From assembly GCA_052035175.1 (NCBI GenBank), contig JBPOHV010000001.1:366773-430772 (forward strand): 64,000 nucleotides of DNA, given 5' to 3'. Every line of letters starts with the position of its first letter. Position 1 is the first letter of the stretch. The notes under the pieces were generated by a model. That model had not been told where the DNA came from. It did no database searches and saw only the letters and a list, made by a program, of their open reading frames with translations. The DNA is from a candidate division WWE3 bacterium (GTDB taxonomy: Bacteria; Patescibacteriota; WWE3; UBA101185; UBA10185). Positions 46,285 to 57,144 of the stretch are shown here, piece by piece. The translations under genes and the position numbers were made by a program.

Positions 46285-48100
46285 ATAGCGTATTTGATTC
46301 ATTGTCGATGATTTTTGGTATTTTTTGTTGAGTGATTATAAAAGGAATTTCTAGTGGTGTATCATTTGCATCTTTAAATTCGATTTTTGTGGTATCTCGA
46401 TCGAAATACACTTTAATCTTTCTATTTGGTTTCAAAATCGAGACTGTGCTGTTTGCAGTTTGTATATTGTATAAAAATGTACCGCCTTCATTTGTGAGTA
46501 TGTATGCTTTACGACCTTTAAATATCTGATACAAATTCAAGTTTGGTGTGTTGTATATTTTCAGTTTATTATCAAACTTATCTTCTATATTATTTTGTGC
46601 AAATTCGACTTCTACTAGCTTTTTGGCGATAGGTGCATCTTTTTCTGGTGAGTTTATATTAGTATTTCTGTACCCACCAGCAGGAATAGGCCATTGAGAA
46701 TCAATACCTTTTGTTACAAAAGCAAAATGATTTGTATCTAGTTTTGTAAAATAGTCTATCCCAGCGGTTTTTCCCCACGTAGGATCAACAGAAACCCACC
46801 CGTAAGTTGGATCGTAAAACTCGGGCCACGCGTGTAACAAATCGATTCCAGAAAGGTTAATTGATAAAGGTTTATTTTCTATGTCTGTTGTAAATGCATA
46901 TCCGTTTAATTCTCGAGAAGGTATACCCATAGCTCTAGTTATTGCTATAAAGGCGTCGGTAAATTCCATGCATACATTTGGTGAATCTTGTGTAAGCGCA
47001 GTTTTTGCTCCATGGCGTTCTACAGTTTCTCTCGAATTTATTTCAAAGTCATAATCTAGCGTATGTACAACATAGTCATAAGCTTTTTTTGCATTTTGTG
47101 CAACCGACACATTTTCGTCTTTAAGTTGCGCAGCTATTTCTTGAATTTGTTGTGAATCACTTTCCCAAAAGGGTTGGGCGTTTGTATATTTTTTTACTAA
47201 TTCATCAGGTAAATCCGCAAAATTTTTGCTAGCATTCAAATCTATTTGCTTGCTAAATAGCCTAGCAGATCCAAGTGCTTTTACTTCTATAGCTTGGCTC
47301 GGCTTTAGAATATAACGAGCGATATAATTGTTATCTTCGTCAAAATATACAAAGTAAGGTTCTGGAGTAATAGACGCATAGCTTACTTGCTGTACATTTT
47401 TTTTGTCAAAAGGTAGAGCAATCTCAAATGTTTGAGGTATTTTAGCCTGATTTTGTAATTCGTATGTAAGGTTGAAATTTAAATCTTGATGTAAACCAAA
47501 TGCGGCCGTGATGCCTGTATTTTGCACTTTTTCTTTTGAAAATGTATATATGTATACATTACCGTCATCTTTAGTCGTATCAGGAATTGGTGAAATAAAA
47601 ATGTTTGGGCCTATTTCTTTTGGTACAGCGATTGTTATATTGTACCTGCTGGCAGCGGTAGTTATCTCGGCTTTTGGTATATTTATATTCCAAATATTCC
47701 CAACTTTTTTTGCAATGTCTTTAGTTTTATACGTTACCGTAAATCTATTTTGTTTACCTTCGCCAATTATTTGTTTGTTGAGTTGCGCGCTTATGCTTGT
47801 GTTGTCGTCTGTTTTTTCTACATTTGTTTTCATTTGACCTTCCAAGTCGTGGCCGTAGACATCATACACGCTCAATTTTTTTATCAGTAGTGAGTAACTC
47901 GTTGCGACAACATCTTTTTGTAAATTTGTGAGTGTGACGGTTTGATCTACTTGTGTTTCACCGATCGATGTTATGTTATAAGTGAGATCGTATTCTACAA
48001 TAAACTGATTATCTGCTTTTACAACCAAAGCTATAAGGCTTATCATCAAAGCTGTGGGGAGTAAGGCGAATTGCAATAATTTTATAAGTCTTCCAAACAC
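46145..48100 (-). CDS. Transglutaminase-like domain membrane/secreted protein
   Basis: VCMEFTD, HAWPEFY, W..VDPTW (Cys-His-Asp triad); signal peptide and C-terminal TM. Confidence 0.88.
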   Translation of the reverse strand: MFGRLIKLLQFALLPTALMISLIALVVKADNQFIVEYDLTYNITSIGETQVDQTVTLTNLQKDVVATSYSLLIKKLSVYDVYGHDLEGQMKTNVEKTDDNTSISAQLNKQIIGEGKQNRFTVTYKTKDIAKKVGNIWNINIPKAEITTAASRYNITIAVPKEIGPNIFISPIPDTTKDDGNVYIYTFSKEKVQNTGITAAFGLHQDLNFNLTYELQNQAKIPQTFEIALPFDKKNVQQVSYASITPEPYFVYFDEDNNYIARYILKPSQAIEVKALGSARLFSKQIDLNASKNFADLPDELVKKYTNAQPFWESDSQQIQEIAAQLKDENVSVAQNAKKAYDYVVHTLDYDFEINSRETVERHGAKTALTQDSPNVCMEFTDAFIAITRAMGIPSRELNGYAFTTDIENKPLSINLSGIDLLHAWPEFYDPTYGWVSVDPTWGKTAGIDYFTKLDTNHFAFVTKGIDSQWPIPAGGYRNTNINSPEKDAPIAKKLVEVEFAQNNIEDKFDNKLKIYNTPNLNLYQIFKGRKAYILTNEGGTFLYNIQTANSTVSILKPNRKIKVYFDRDTTKIEFKDANDTPLEIPFIITQQKIPKIIDNESNTLFIASKVFVVFLVGLLLYVSIYNLAMLLSHLKKLVHHLYLRLRDRDR

Positions 48101-48121
48101 GTAAGTGTATTATATAACATT

Positions 48122-49510
48122 ATGAAGCTAAAGCTTGCTATAGGATTCGAAAATATAAAAGACCAAATTCCGCATAACCCTGGCGTATATAGATATTATG
48201 ATGCTTCTGATCAAATAATTTATATTGGTAAAGCCAAGAATTTACGTCATAGAGTAGGAAGCTACTTTTCTACTAAGCTTATGTCTGGTAGTAAAACGCA
48301 AGCTTTGGTATCGAATATCGCTAGCATGGACTTCATTATCACAGCTTCTGAGTTTGAAGCCATTATCTTAGAAGCTCAACTTATTCGAGATATCATGCCA
48401 AAATACAATATAACTCTCAAAGACGACAAAACGAATTTATATCTTGTAATTAGGAAAGAAAGTTTTGATATAAGTGGAAAAAAGGTTAATGTTCCAAAAG
48501 TGTTATTGGTACGTAAAACTTTGATTTTGCCAACAGACATTGTGTTTGGCCCATATACAAATTCTGATACTGCCAGACTCATATACAAGTCGACACGCAA
48601 AATCTTTGGTTTCCGTGATTGTAATACACTCAAGTTTAATAGGTACAAAAGACTAAAGCGACCATGTTTATATGGTTATATTGGGATGTGTCTTGCACCA
48701 TGTACAAAAAATGACAACGCATCTTTGCAAACATATACAACATCAATCTCAAAGGTAAAAAAACTACTTTCGTCCGGTGCAAAGCCTATAATCAATTCTT
48801 TGAGATCTGCTATGTTGGCTAGCTCAAAAAACCATGATTATGAAGAGGCAGCACAAATTCGAGATACGTTAAAAAAGCTAGAAAGTATTATTGTTGATTT
48901 TAAAACACCTGATAGATATATTGAAAATCCACATTTGACAGAAGATATTGCAGATAAAGCTTTGTCAGAACTTGTTAGAGTTTTACCAAATTTAGATAAA
49001 TTACCACAGCGTATAGAATGTTATGACATAGCGAATATTTCTGGTAAAGAGGCGGTTGGGGCAATGGTAACAGCAATAAATGGAGTAGTTGATAAACGTG
49101 AGTATAAGAGATTTAGAATAAAACTAAAAAACACTCCAGATGATTTTGCTATGATGCGTGAGGTAATAACGCGTAGACTTAAGCACGAATTAACAGACTC
49201 CAAATTAATTGCATGGGGCAGACCGGATTTGTTAGTAATAGATGGTGGAAAAGGTCAAGTTTCTGCCGCCTTAGAGGTACTAGCAACGTTAAATTATTTT
49301 GTACCTGTTGTAGGATTGGCCAAAAAGTTTGAGACACTGGTATATAAAGATCTTGTAACGAATGAATTTGTCGAGATAAAGGTAGCAGAAGCAAACTATG
49401 GTTTATCTTTGCTTATCAGGTTGCGTGATGAAGCACATAGGTTTGGGCAAGCTTACCACCATAAACTACGCTTAAGAAATATTACTAACAAAAAATTCAA
49501 AAGCACATAA
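48122..49510 (+). CDS. uvrC: Excinuclease ABC subunit C (lacks C-terminal HhH2)
   Basis: PGVY…YIGKA (GIY-YIG), UVR helix, RIECYDI, IDGGKGQ, RDEAHRF. Confidence 0.92.
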   Translation: MKLKLAIGFENIKDQIPHNPGVYRYYDASDQIIYIGKAKNLRHRVGSYFSTKLMSGSKTQALVSNIASMDFIITASEFEAIILEAQLIRDIMPKYNITLKDDKTNLYLVIRKESFDISGKKVNVPKVLLVRKTLILPTDIVFGPYTNSDTARLIYKSTRKIFGFRDCNTLKFNRYKRLKRPCLYGYIGMCLAPCTKNDNASLQTYTTSISKVKKLLSSGAKPIINSLRSAMLASSKNHDYEEAAQIRDTLKKLESIIVDFKTPDRYIENPHLTEDIADKALSELVRVLPNLDKLPQRIECYDIANISGKEAVGAMVTAINGVVDKREYKRFRIKLKNTPDDFAMMREVITRRLKHELTDSKLIAWGRPDLLVIDGGKGQVSAALEVLATLNYFVPVVGLAKKFETLVYKDLVTNEFVEIKVAEANYGLSLLIRLRDEAHRFGQAYHHKLRLRNITNKKFKST

Positions 49511-49535
49511 ACGAAGTTAAATGTATAATTTACAT

Positions 49536-49946
49536 ATGCTCAAGTCGTTCTTAAGATCTGTTTTTTTCACTTACGTGTCGTTTTATGTGGTGAATGGTAT
49601 TTTGAATGTCTTGACTTTGGATATTAGAGAATACATCATTTTTATCTTAGGTTTATCTTTGTTCCATTTGTCAGTTAAATCTGTTTTGAACCTTGTAGGT
49701 TTGCCCTCGGCAGGAATTAGTCTGTTTATTATAAAAGTAGTTTTAGTATTTGTTTTACTTATGTTGTTTGTATCTTTTGTTCCCAATTTTTTCATAAAAG
49801 CATCGACGATATCAGGCATTGTGTTTTTTGGTTATATAGTCCCAGATTTATATATGACTAATATTTGGGCTACTGTAGCAATGTCATTATTGAGCACATC
49901 GCTATTTGGCTTTTTTGACTGGATGTGCCATACTTCAGGCAAATGA
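49536..49946 (+). CDS. 4-TM membrane protein (phage holin superfamily IV-like)
   Basis: Four hydrophobic segments, placed between uvrC and secG. TATAAT lies 6 nt before the ATG at 49536. Confidence 0.6.
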   Translation: MLKSFLRSVFFTYVSFYVVNGILNVLTLDIREYIIFILGLSLFHLSVKSVLNLVGLPSAGISLFIIKVVLVFVLLMLFVSFVPNFFIKASTISGIVFFGYIVPDLYMTNIWATVAMSLLSTSLFGFFDWMCHTSGK

Positions 49947-50161
49947 TAGGTTTTTTGAAGATATTACAAATAGTTATAGCACTTCTTTTGATAGTACTTG
50001 TGCTTATACAATCAAAAGAAACTGGCTTGAATAAATATGTTGGCAATGCCTTTTCATTTTATTCGGCAAAACGAGGTGTAGAAAAGTTTATATTTATACT
50101 TACGAATGTTTTGGTATTTCTTTTCGCGATTAATTCCCTTTTGATTTTGTATTTTTCATAA
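49943..50161 (+). CDS. secG: Preprotein translocase subunit SecG
   Basis: LIVLVLIQ..E.GL…KRGVEK..F..T. Confidence 0.88.
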   Translation: MIGFLKILQIVIALLLIVLVLIQSKETGLNKYVGNAFSFYSAKRGVEKFIFILTNVLVFLFAINSLLILYFS

Positions 50162-50163
50162 AT

Positions 50164-51420
50164 ATGTCTGACGTAGTTGTATTTGAAGATAAACAACCAC
50201 TGCTTGGTGAGGTTGAAATTGAGGCTTCGGGAATCTCGGCTATAAATATTATCGCTGCTTCACTTTTCTTGGATAGAGAAATTATCTTATCGAACATACC
50301 AAATGTGTCCATTGTTCAGCATGCTTTAGATGTGATTATAGCTTTGGGTGCAAAAGTTGCCTGGATAGACGACAAAAGCTTGTTGATAAACGGTTCAAAT
50401 ATAAATGCAAATTGTCCTTCTGGTGACCCACGTGTAGTTATTTTGCTGTTGCCTGTACTTTTATCAAAATTTGGTAAAGTTGTTTTGCAAAGCGAGGCTT
50501 TGGTTGACTATATTGGTAAGTATGAAGGCATTAAGAATACTCTTGATAAATTTAATGTTTTAATAACTAAAGATGACAATTCGTATGAAGTCAGCTATAC
50601 GCCACTGACCGAGTCACTTTTTGTAATAAAAGAAGAAGATTACTTGGGCACAGTTTTGGCAGCATTATTTTCTTGTCTTAATAAACAAACAGACATCGAA
50701 CTAAATTTTTCTGTAAATGATCCTGAAATTGAGGACTTGATACAATTCTTGACTTCTTGCGGTTACAAGATAGATATGCAATCTACAGCTAACCTGCATA
50801 TAAATGGTTTTGATGATACTTTACTGCAAAAATATAAGTTGGCTAGTGATATCAATTTAATTGTGTTTTTTTCTTTAGCAGCATTAATGTCTGAAGGAAA
50901 CATTTTGATACGAAATGTAGCGCGCAGTTATCTAACATCTTTTTTGAGTTTCTTGACCAAAACTGGTTCATTATTTGATTTGTCAGGAAATAATTTGAAA
51001 GTTTGGGCGGGCACGAAAGTTTTGACTGGCGCAGACATTTATATAGGTAATTATCCTAACTTAATTAAAGACTGGTTACCAATGCTGTTAGTTTATTTAT
51101 CGACTATTGCTGAACCAAGCACTATCCGTATTGATGCAAAAGAAAATTTACACGTTATAGGTAATTTGGACCATTTGGGGATAAATGTTGACGTAGAAGA
51201 ATCAAATGGTGTTAATACTCTTACCTTGTCTGGGCATAGTGCCTTTAAGTCTGGTAAATTTTATGCAGAAGGCGTGCCTGATTGTTTGGCGTTGTTATTG
51301 TATGGTTTGGCTTCTACAGCTAAATTTGAATTTGGAAATCCCAAACTTTTAGAAACTTATTACAAAAATTTATACGAAAAACTTATAATGTTAGGAAGTA
51401 ATCTGATTTATAAATCATGA
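50164..51420 (+). CDS. Degenerate MurA/EPSP-synthase-fold protein
   Basis: LLGEVEI, LSNIP, PEIEDL..FL and YKNL.EKL..LG resemble MurA, but the KNA and GGC.IG.RP motifs are absent. Confidence 0.7.
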   Translation: MSDVVVFEDKQPLLGEVEIEASGISAINIIAASLFLDREIILSNIPNVSIVQHALDVIIALGAKVAWIDDKSLLINGSNINANCPSGDPRVVILLLPVLLSKFGKVVLQSEALVDYIGKYEGIKNTLDKFNVLITKDDNSYEVSYTPLTESLFVIKEEDYLGTVLAALFSCLNKQTDIELNFSVNDPEIEDLIQFLTSCGYKIDMQSTANLHINGFDDTLLQKYKLASDINLIVFFSLAALMSEGNILIRNVARSYLTSFLSFLTKTGSLFDLSGNNLKVWAGTKVLTGADIYIGNYPNLIKDWLPMLLVYLSTIAEPSTIRIDAKENLHVIGNLDHLGINVDVEESNGVNTLTLSGHSAFKSGKFYAEGVPDCLALLLYGLASTAKFEFGNPKLLETYYKNLYEKLIMLGSNLIYKS

Positions 51421-52589
51421 TGCATAATTCTGCCCATTACACTCGCAAATTCTTATTAACACTTAGCAGTTTAGTTATTTTTGGTTTGATCTTTATTTAC
51501 AATTCGACGATTGTATCTTCACAGCAAATATATGGAGTCCCTTATAGATTTGTAATCTTACAATTGTTGTGGACGATTCTAGGTTTGGGTGCTTTTATGA
51601 TTTTTTATAAGTTTGACTATTCAAAATTATCGTCGTTTTCTACTTTTCTTTATATGTTGAGTATAGTGTTTTTGTGTATAACGGCTTTTGTGAGTATGAT
51701 TGGTAATTTACGCAATTCCTGTGATGCTTTTATTCCTTTTGTCCCATGTATAAATGGGGCTTATCGATGGTTTTATATAAATCCTTCGCCTTTGCCAAAA
51801 ATACCATTTGTAGGTGTTTTGGGTTTTCAACCAGTAGAGTTGGCGAAATTAGCTTTGGTTTTGTGTCTTACATTTAGATTAAAAAAAGCTATACATTCAA
51901 AACAACAAGACAAAGATCCATTTTTTGTGTATCTAATATTGACAGGTTTAACAAGCGCTTTGGTTTATCTACAACCAAATATGTCGTCGGCAATACTATT
52001 ATTTGGTATAGGAACAGCTATTTATATTGTGTCACAAGCCCCGCTACAAAAATTGTTTATATTAATACCAGTTTTGACGTTAGTTTTTATACTTTTAGTA
52101 TTTGGCTCTTCTTATCGTAGGCAGCGCTTACTCACTTATACTAACAATGATGCATCAGTTGATAGTGGTTATCATATTAAGCAAATTAAAATAGCTTTGG
52201 GATCAGGTGGATTATTTGGGGTTGGCTTTGGACAATCTCGTCAGAAGTATCAATATGTTCCAGAGATAGCTTCAGATTCTATATTTGCAATCATTGGTGA
52301 GGAACTTGGTCTTATTGGTACGTGTAGTGTTTTATTTGGGTTTCTGTTGCTTTTGTATTTTGGTGTCCTCATAGCAAAGAGTTCTATCGACTATGAAGGT
52401 AAGTTGATAAGCGTTGGAATCTTGTCGTGGATTACATTGCAGTTGTTTATAAATGTTTCTGCGATGCTCGAAATAATTCCATTAACTGGTGTTCCTATAC
52501 CATTTATTTCATATGGCGGTAGTTCTACAGTTTTTATTATGGCGGGTGCTGGGTTGCTTGCTTCTGTCGGGAAGAAAAGCCAGGTATAA
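51417..52589 (+). CDS. ftsW: SEDS peptidoglycan polymerase FtsW
   Basis: FQPVELAK, GSGGLFGVG, DSIFAIIGEELG, PFISYGGSS; upstream of murG. Confidence 0.92.
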   Translation: MMHNSAHYTRKFLLTLSSLVIFGLIFIYNSTIVSSQQIYGVPYRFVILQLLWTILGLGAFMIFYKFDYSKLSSFSTFLYMLSIVFLCITAFVSMIGNLRNSCDAFIPFVPCINGAYRWFYINPSPLPKIPFVGVLGFQPVELAKLALVLCLTFRLKKAIHSKQQDKDPFFVYLILTGLTSALVYLQPNMSSAILLFGIGTAIYIVSQAPLQKLFILIPVLTLVFILLVFGSSYRRQRLLTYTNNDASVDSGYHIKQIKIALGSGGLFGVGFGQSRQKYQYVPEIASDSIFAIIGEELGLIGTCSVLFGFLLLLYFGVLIAKSSIDYEGKLISVGILSWITLQLFINVSAMLEIIPLTGVPIPFISYGGSSTVFIMAGAGLLASVGKKSQV

Positions 52590-52598
52590 TCTATTTTA

Positions 52599-53708
52599 AT
52601 GAAAATAGTAATAACTGGGGGTCATCATAGTTCTGCGTTACCTGTAATTGAAGAGCTTAAAAATACATTAAAAGTATGTGAATTTTTTTGGATTGGTCAC
52701 AAATATTCTTTGTTACACGATAAAAATCCAACATTAGAGTATATCGAAATTTCTCAACTAAATATTCCTTTTTATGATTTGGCAGTGGGTAAAGTTTATG
52801 GAAAAGCTAAGTTAGTAGCGTTATATAAACAGTTGGTATCTTGCATTAAGGCTTTTATTTTATTAAAAAAAATAGCTCCCGATGTAATCTTGTCATTCGG
52901 TGGATACATCGCTGTACCAGTTGCGTGTGCAGGATGGTTATTGCGTATACCTATAGTTACACACGAACAAACCATGGTAAGTGGCTATGCAAACAGATTA
53001 ATTGCTTTTTTTGCTAGTAAGATTTTATTATCGTTTGAATCTTCTCTACAGTTTTATAAAAAGTCGCCCAAAGTTATAGTTACAGGTTTACCTTTGCGAA
53101 AGGCAATTTTTGAACCTGGTACAAATAATTTAGAACTTAACACAAATTTACCTACAATTTATGTGACAGGTGGTAAGTCTGGTTCACACAAGCTAAACGT
53201 TGCGGTTGGTTTGATACTTCCTGAATTATTGAAAATAGCTAATGTTATACATCAAGTGGGGGATTACTCAGAGACGCGTGACTTTGAAGAAATGACAAGT
53301 ATATATAACACTTTAGTCACGAAAAATTTGCCAAATAACTTGCCTGGTAAATATATAATACGAAAATTTGTTTTGGAAAATGAAATTGGAGAAGTTTTTT
53401 CAAAAAGTAGTTTGGTCGTAAGTAGAGCAGGAGCTCATATTGTAAGTGAATTGCTTACGCTTGGTAAATCGTCGATTCTTGTGCCAATCCCATGGGTTTC
53501 ACACAATGAACAAAATTTAAATGCTCAATTGTTGGTGTCTCATGGTTTAGGAATTATTTACCCAGAAACGCAATTGTCAAACTCTGATCTACTTTTACAA
53601 ACAATCTTGAAGCAACTGCAAACTGTTTCTAATAATCAGAAAGTTATTAATTATGATAGTCCAGCAAAAAAGATTGCCCAAGAGACAATCAAAATATCCA
53701 AGCAATAA
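52599..53708 (+). CDS. murG: Lipid II GlcNAc transferase MurG
   Basis: TGGH, FGGY, HEQ, TG.PLR, SRAGA, EQ..NA. Confidence 0.93.
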   Translation: MKIVITGGHHSSALPVIEELKNTLKVCEFFWIGHKYSLLHDKNPTLEYIEISQLNIPFYDLAVGKVYGKAKLVALYKQLVSCIKAFILLKKIAPDVILSFGGYIAVPVACAGWLLRIPIVTHEQTMVSGYANRLIAFFASKILLSFESSLQFYKKSPKVIVTGLPLRKAIFEPGTNNLELNTNLPTIYVTGGKSGSHKLNVAVGLILPELLKIANVIHQVGDYSETRDFEEMTSIYNTLVTKNLPNNLPGKYIIRKFVLENEIGEVFSKSSLVVSRAGAHIVSELLTLGKSSILVPIPWVSHNEQNLNAQLLVSHGLGIIYPETQLSNSDLLLQTILKQLQTVSNNQKVINYDSPAKKIAQETIKISKQ

Positions 53709-54498
53709 AGAAAGTTTTTTGTCAAAAGGTAAAAACTTTTTTTCAAAATCTTTTTTCAAAGATCGCAGACTTAAAAAGCTGGTAATCAAAACCTTAAAAA
53801 TATTAATTGCATTTAGTGCTGTAAGTAGTGTCGCTTATTTATTTATTATGACAAAGACATTTACTATCAGCGATGTAAAGTTTGTCGGTACCGGTGAATT
53901 TGTAAATTCGACAGACGTCAAAGCTGTAGCTGCAAATAATGCTTTCGGTAAAAATATATTTTTGTATTCATCTCAGAGCTTAGCGACGACTTTAAAGTCA
54001 TCATTCCTTGGTGCAAAAGATTTTGCGGTTACCAAAGTTTTACCCAATACTTTGGTGATTCATATAACTCAAAGAGTTCCGATAGCTGTTTTGGATACTC
54101 CTGATCTGACAAAGCATTTTCTTGTAGATGATGAGGGTTATGTTTTGGGTGAGATTACCGATAAAGACTATAGCGATCTTCCTAGACTGACGTATTTTGA
54201 AGATTTAAATGTAGGTGTTTTTATAAACAAAAGTGTTGTGCCAAAATATATGCAGCTTTTAGCAGAGCTAAAAGCTGCAGAAGTAAAAATAAGTAGCATA
54301 AGCATGTATAATGACTACACCGAGTTCTATACAGAAAACGGAGTTCAAGTGTTGTTGCCAAGCGAAAAGGTAAATAAAAAGTATATATTTTCGATAAAAG
54401 CTGTGATATCCAAAGCTTTAGAGCTAGGAAAAGTTTTACAGAAGATTGATTTACGATACGAAAAAGTAATAGTATTATTTAATACAGAAAAGCTATAA
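53653..54498 (+). CDS. ftsQ: Cell division protein FtsQ/DivIB
   Basis: Basic N-terminus, TM, POTRA (LPNTLVI), C-terminal IDLRY; upstream of ftsA. Confidence 0.8.
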   Translation: MIVQQKRLPKRQSKYPSNKESFLSKGKNFFSKSFFKDRRLKKLVIKTLKILIAFSAVSSVAYLFIMTKTFTISDVKFVGTGEFVNSTDVKAVAANNAFGKNIFLYSSQSLATTLKSSFLGAKDFAVTKVLPNTLVIHITQRVPIAVLDTPDLTKHFLVDDEGYVLGEITDKDYSDLPRLTYFEDLNVGVFINKSVVPKYMQLLAELKAAEVKISSISMYNDYTEFYTENGVQVLLPSEKVNKKYIFSIKAVISKALELGKVLQKIDLRYEKVIVLFNTEKL

Positions 54499-54507
54499 TC
54501 ATACATT

Positions 54508-55764
54508 ATGCCCAAAGAAAAAATAATTACAGGAATTGATATAGGGTCAACCAAAATCAGCACAACAATTGCTACTGTAGATGAAAAAAAGGTATCTGTA
54601 ATAGGTGTTTCTGGTGATGTACCGTCCAAAGGTATAAACCGAGGTATCGTTGTAGATATTGATAGTGCTGTTGAATCTATATCAGCAAGCTTAGAGCGCG
54701 CCGAACGTATGGCCGGTGTATCTGTTTCAAGCGCTTTTGTTACTTTAAACGGAAGTCATATAGAAACTCAGAATTCTCACGGTGTTGTAGCTGTAACTCC
54801 TGGCAAAAGTTCAGAGATCACAAGTGTTGATGTACAACGAGTTACTGAAGCCGCACAGGCTATATCTTTGGCATCAAATAGAGAGCTAGTTCATGTTATC
54901 CCGCGCGATTTTGAAGTAGATTCTCAAGCTGGTATTAAAGATCCTGTTGGTATGGCTGGAAATCGTTTGGAAGTAGAAACAAACATCATTCATGGATCTT
55001 CTACAACAATGCGCAATATTATTAAATGTGTGAATCAACTAAACGTAGAAGTTGCAGATTTAGTATATGTAGGCATTGCAAACGCCGAAGCAGTTCTCAC
55101 AGACACAGAAAAAGAATTGGGAACGCTTTTGGTTGATATCGGCGGTGGTACTACATCAATAATTGCTTATCTAGATGGAAGTCCTATTTATTCTGCCGTG
55201 TTTCCTTTGGGCGGTAAACTAATTACGAGTGATCTTGCTATTGGTTTGCGCGCACGTTTGCCCGAAGCAGAGAAAATCAAATTAAAACTCAGCATGGAAT
55301 ATATTCATTCAGCCAAAACAAATGAGACAAACCGACACGATGAAGAATTTGATATATCTGAGTTTGGTTTAGAAACTGTAAGTGTTCCAAAAAAGCTTTT
55401 ATATAAAATTATTGATGCACGAGTCGAAGAAATTTTTAGATTGATTGCATTAGATATTAATAAAGCCAAATTAGAGCGCAGATTACCAGCCGGTTTAGTA
55501 ATTACAGGTGGTGGTGCTTTAACTGCTGGTGTTGATAAAGTTGCAAAAGATATTTTAAAAACGCCAGTGCGCATAGGATATCCAAGAGGAGTTACTGGAC
55601 TAATTGATGAAATACAAGGGCCATCATCGTCTGCATGTGTAGGTGCATTACTTTATGGTACACATACACATCAGAGTAGCCTATTGTCATTTGAAGATAA
55701 GAAAGGTAAGATGTCTGTAAATTTTAAGAACTTTTTTGAACGCGTAAAGTCTTTTCTGCCCTAG
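54508..55764 (+). CDS. ftsA: Cell division protein FtsA
   Basis: GIDIGSTKI, DIGGGTT, ITGGG. Confidence 0.96.
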   Translation: MPKEKIITGIDIGSTKISTTIATVDEKKVSVIGVSGDVPSKGINRGIVVDIDSAVESISASLERAERMAGVSVSSAFVTLNGSHIETQNSHGVVAVTPGKSSEITSVDVQRVTEAAQAISLASNRELVHVIPRDFEVDSQAGIKDPVGMAGNRLEVETNIIHGSSTTMRNIIKCVNQLNVEVADLVYVGIANAEAVLTDTEKELGTLLVDIGGGTTSIIAYLDGSPIYSAVFPLGGKLITSDLAIGLRARLPEAEKIKLKLSMEYIHSAKTNETNRHDEEFDISEFGLETVSVPKKLLYKIIDARVEEIFRLIALDINKAKLERRLPAGLVITGGGALTAGVDKVAKDILKTPVRIGYPRGVTGLIDEIQGPSSSACVGALLYGTHTHQSSLLSFEDKKGKMSVNFKNFFERVKSFLP

Positions 55765-55782
55765 ACAAATCCGCAATAAAAG

Positions 55783-56907
55783 ATGCAAGTAAAACCTGAA
55801 ATCGAAAGATTTGCAAAAATAAGAGTCGTTGGAGTTGGTGGAGCTGGTGGTAATGCAATTAATACCATGATTGATGCTCAACAAATCCAAGGTGTCGAAT
55901 TTATTGCAATTAATACAGACGCACAAGATCTCTCAATAAATAAAGCTTATATAAAAGTTCCTATTGGACATGAGATAACTGGTGGACTTGGTGCAGGAGC
56001 GAATCCAGAAGTTGGGCGTAGAGCTGCCGAAGAGTCAAAAGAATTAATTAAAGCCAACTTAGAAGGTGCAGACATGATTTTTATTGCTGCGGGTATGGGT
56101 GGTGGCACCGGTACTGGTGCAGCACCATTGGTAGCAAGCATTGCAAAAGAACTCGGTGCATTAACTGTTGGCGTTGTAACAAAACCATTTAACTTTGAAG
56201 GCGCACAAAGATTGGCAAACGCTGAGCGTGGCATCGAATCACTTCGCAAAGAGGTTGATGCGCTTATTGTTATTCCAAATCAAAAATTATTAGAAGTTGC
56301 TGATAAAAGCTTGCCAGTCGTAGACGCTTTTAAATTGTCAGATAGTATCTTAACTCAGGGTGTACAAGGTATATCAGATCTTATAGTTATGCCAGGTCTT
56401 ATGAATGTAGATTTTGCCGATGTTCGTACTATTATGAAAGACGCAGGTTCTGCGCTCATGGGTATAGGAATAGGTACAGGTGAAAATCGTGCTGAAATCG
56501 CAGCAAAAGCCGCTATATCATCTCCATTGCTAGAACAATCTATCGAAGGAGCAACAGGAATATTGTTTAATGTTGTTGGTGGTGCTGACATGACTTTGCA
56601 AGAGTTTGATCAAGCATCTAGCATTATTTCACAATCTGCCAGCCCGGATGCAAATATAATTGCTGGTACATCGATCGATCCAAACTTAAAAGATCAAATA
56701 AAAGTTACTGTGATTGCAACTGGTTTTGATACCGATGATATTCGTTCTCAACTTGGTATGAAAGTAAGTACTCAAGAAAGACGATCGTTTGATACTTTGC
56801 CTCAAAACGATGCTGCGCAAGACAGTAATCCTTATATTCCAACAGACGAAAATAACGATGATAAATACGAAGGTAAATACGATATTCCAACTTTTCTTCG
56901 TGAATAG
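55783..56907 (+). CDS. ftsZ: Cell division protein FtsZ
   Basis: [23 protein letters not shown]-terminal DIPTFLR. Confidence 0.98.
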   Translation: MQVKPEIERFAKIRVVGVGGAGGNAINTMIDAQQIQGVEFIAINTDAQDLSINKAYIKVPIGHEITGGLGAGANPEVGRRAAEESKELIKANLEGADMIFIAAGMGGGTGTGAAPLVASIAKELGALTVGVVTKPFNFEGAQRLANAERGIESLRKEVDALIVIPNQKLLEVADKSLPVVDAFKLSDSILTQGVQGISDLIVMPGLMNVDFADVRTIMKDAGSALMGIGIGTGENRAEIAAKAAISSPLLEQSIEGATGILFNVVGGADMTLQEFDQASSIISQSASPDANIIAGTSIDPNLKDQIKVTVIATGFDTDDIRSQLGMKVSTQERRSFDTLPQNDAAQDSNPYIPTDENNDDKYEGKYDIPTFLRE

Positions 56908-56957
56908 ATCTCGATTTAACTCCTTTTTAAATTTCTTATCACTAAGCCAAAACTGAG

Positions 56958-56966
56958 TTATCCACA
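56958..56966 (+). promoter_or_regulatory. DnaA box upstream of nrdJ
   Basis: Perfect TTATCCACA. DnaA control of nrd genes is known in other bacteria. Confidence 0.5.
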
Positions 56967-57144
56967 ATTGCAGTGACAACAAAAACCGGCGAAGCTACAA
57001 TTTGCATTACATTGTATACACGTTACAAATATGTAAACATTCATATATCGATTCTCTAAAAAAATAATATTAAGTTAAAAAATCTTTGAGCTGCAACAAA
57101 CTTCTAGCAGTGGATGGTTGCTGCCGTTTAAAGTCGACTGCTCT

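Noticed and set aside
56990-57110. NrdR boxes upstream of nrdJ
   Set aside because: Only loose matches such as CTACAATTTG in AT-rich DNA, and no convincing tandem pair.
56908-57117. Replication origin
   Set aside because: Only a single DnaA box, with no dnaA/dnaN nearby and no box cluster.
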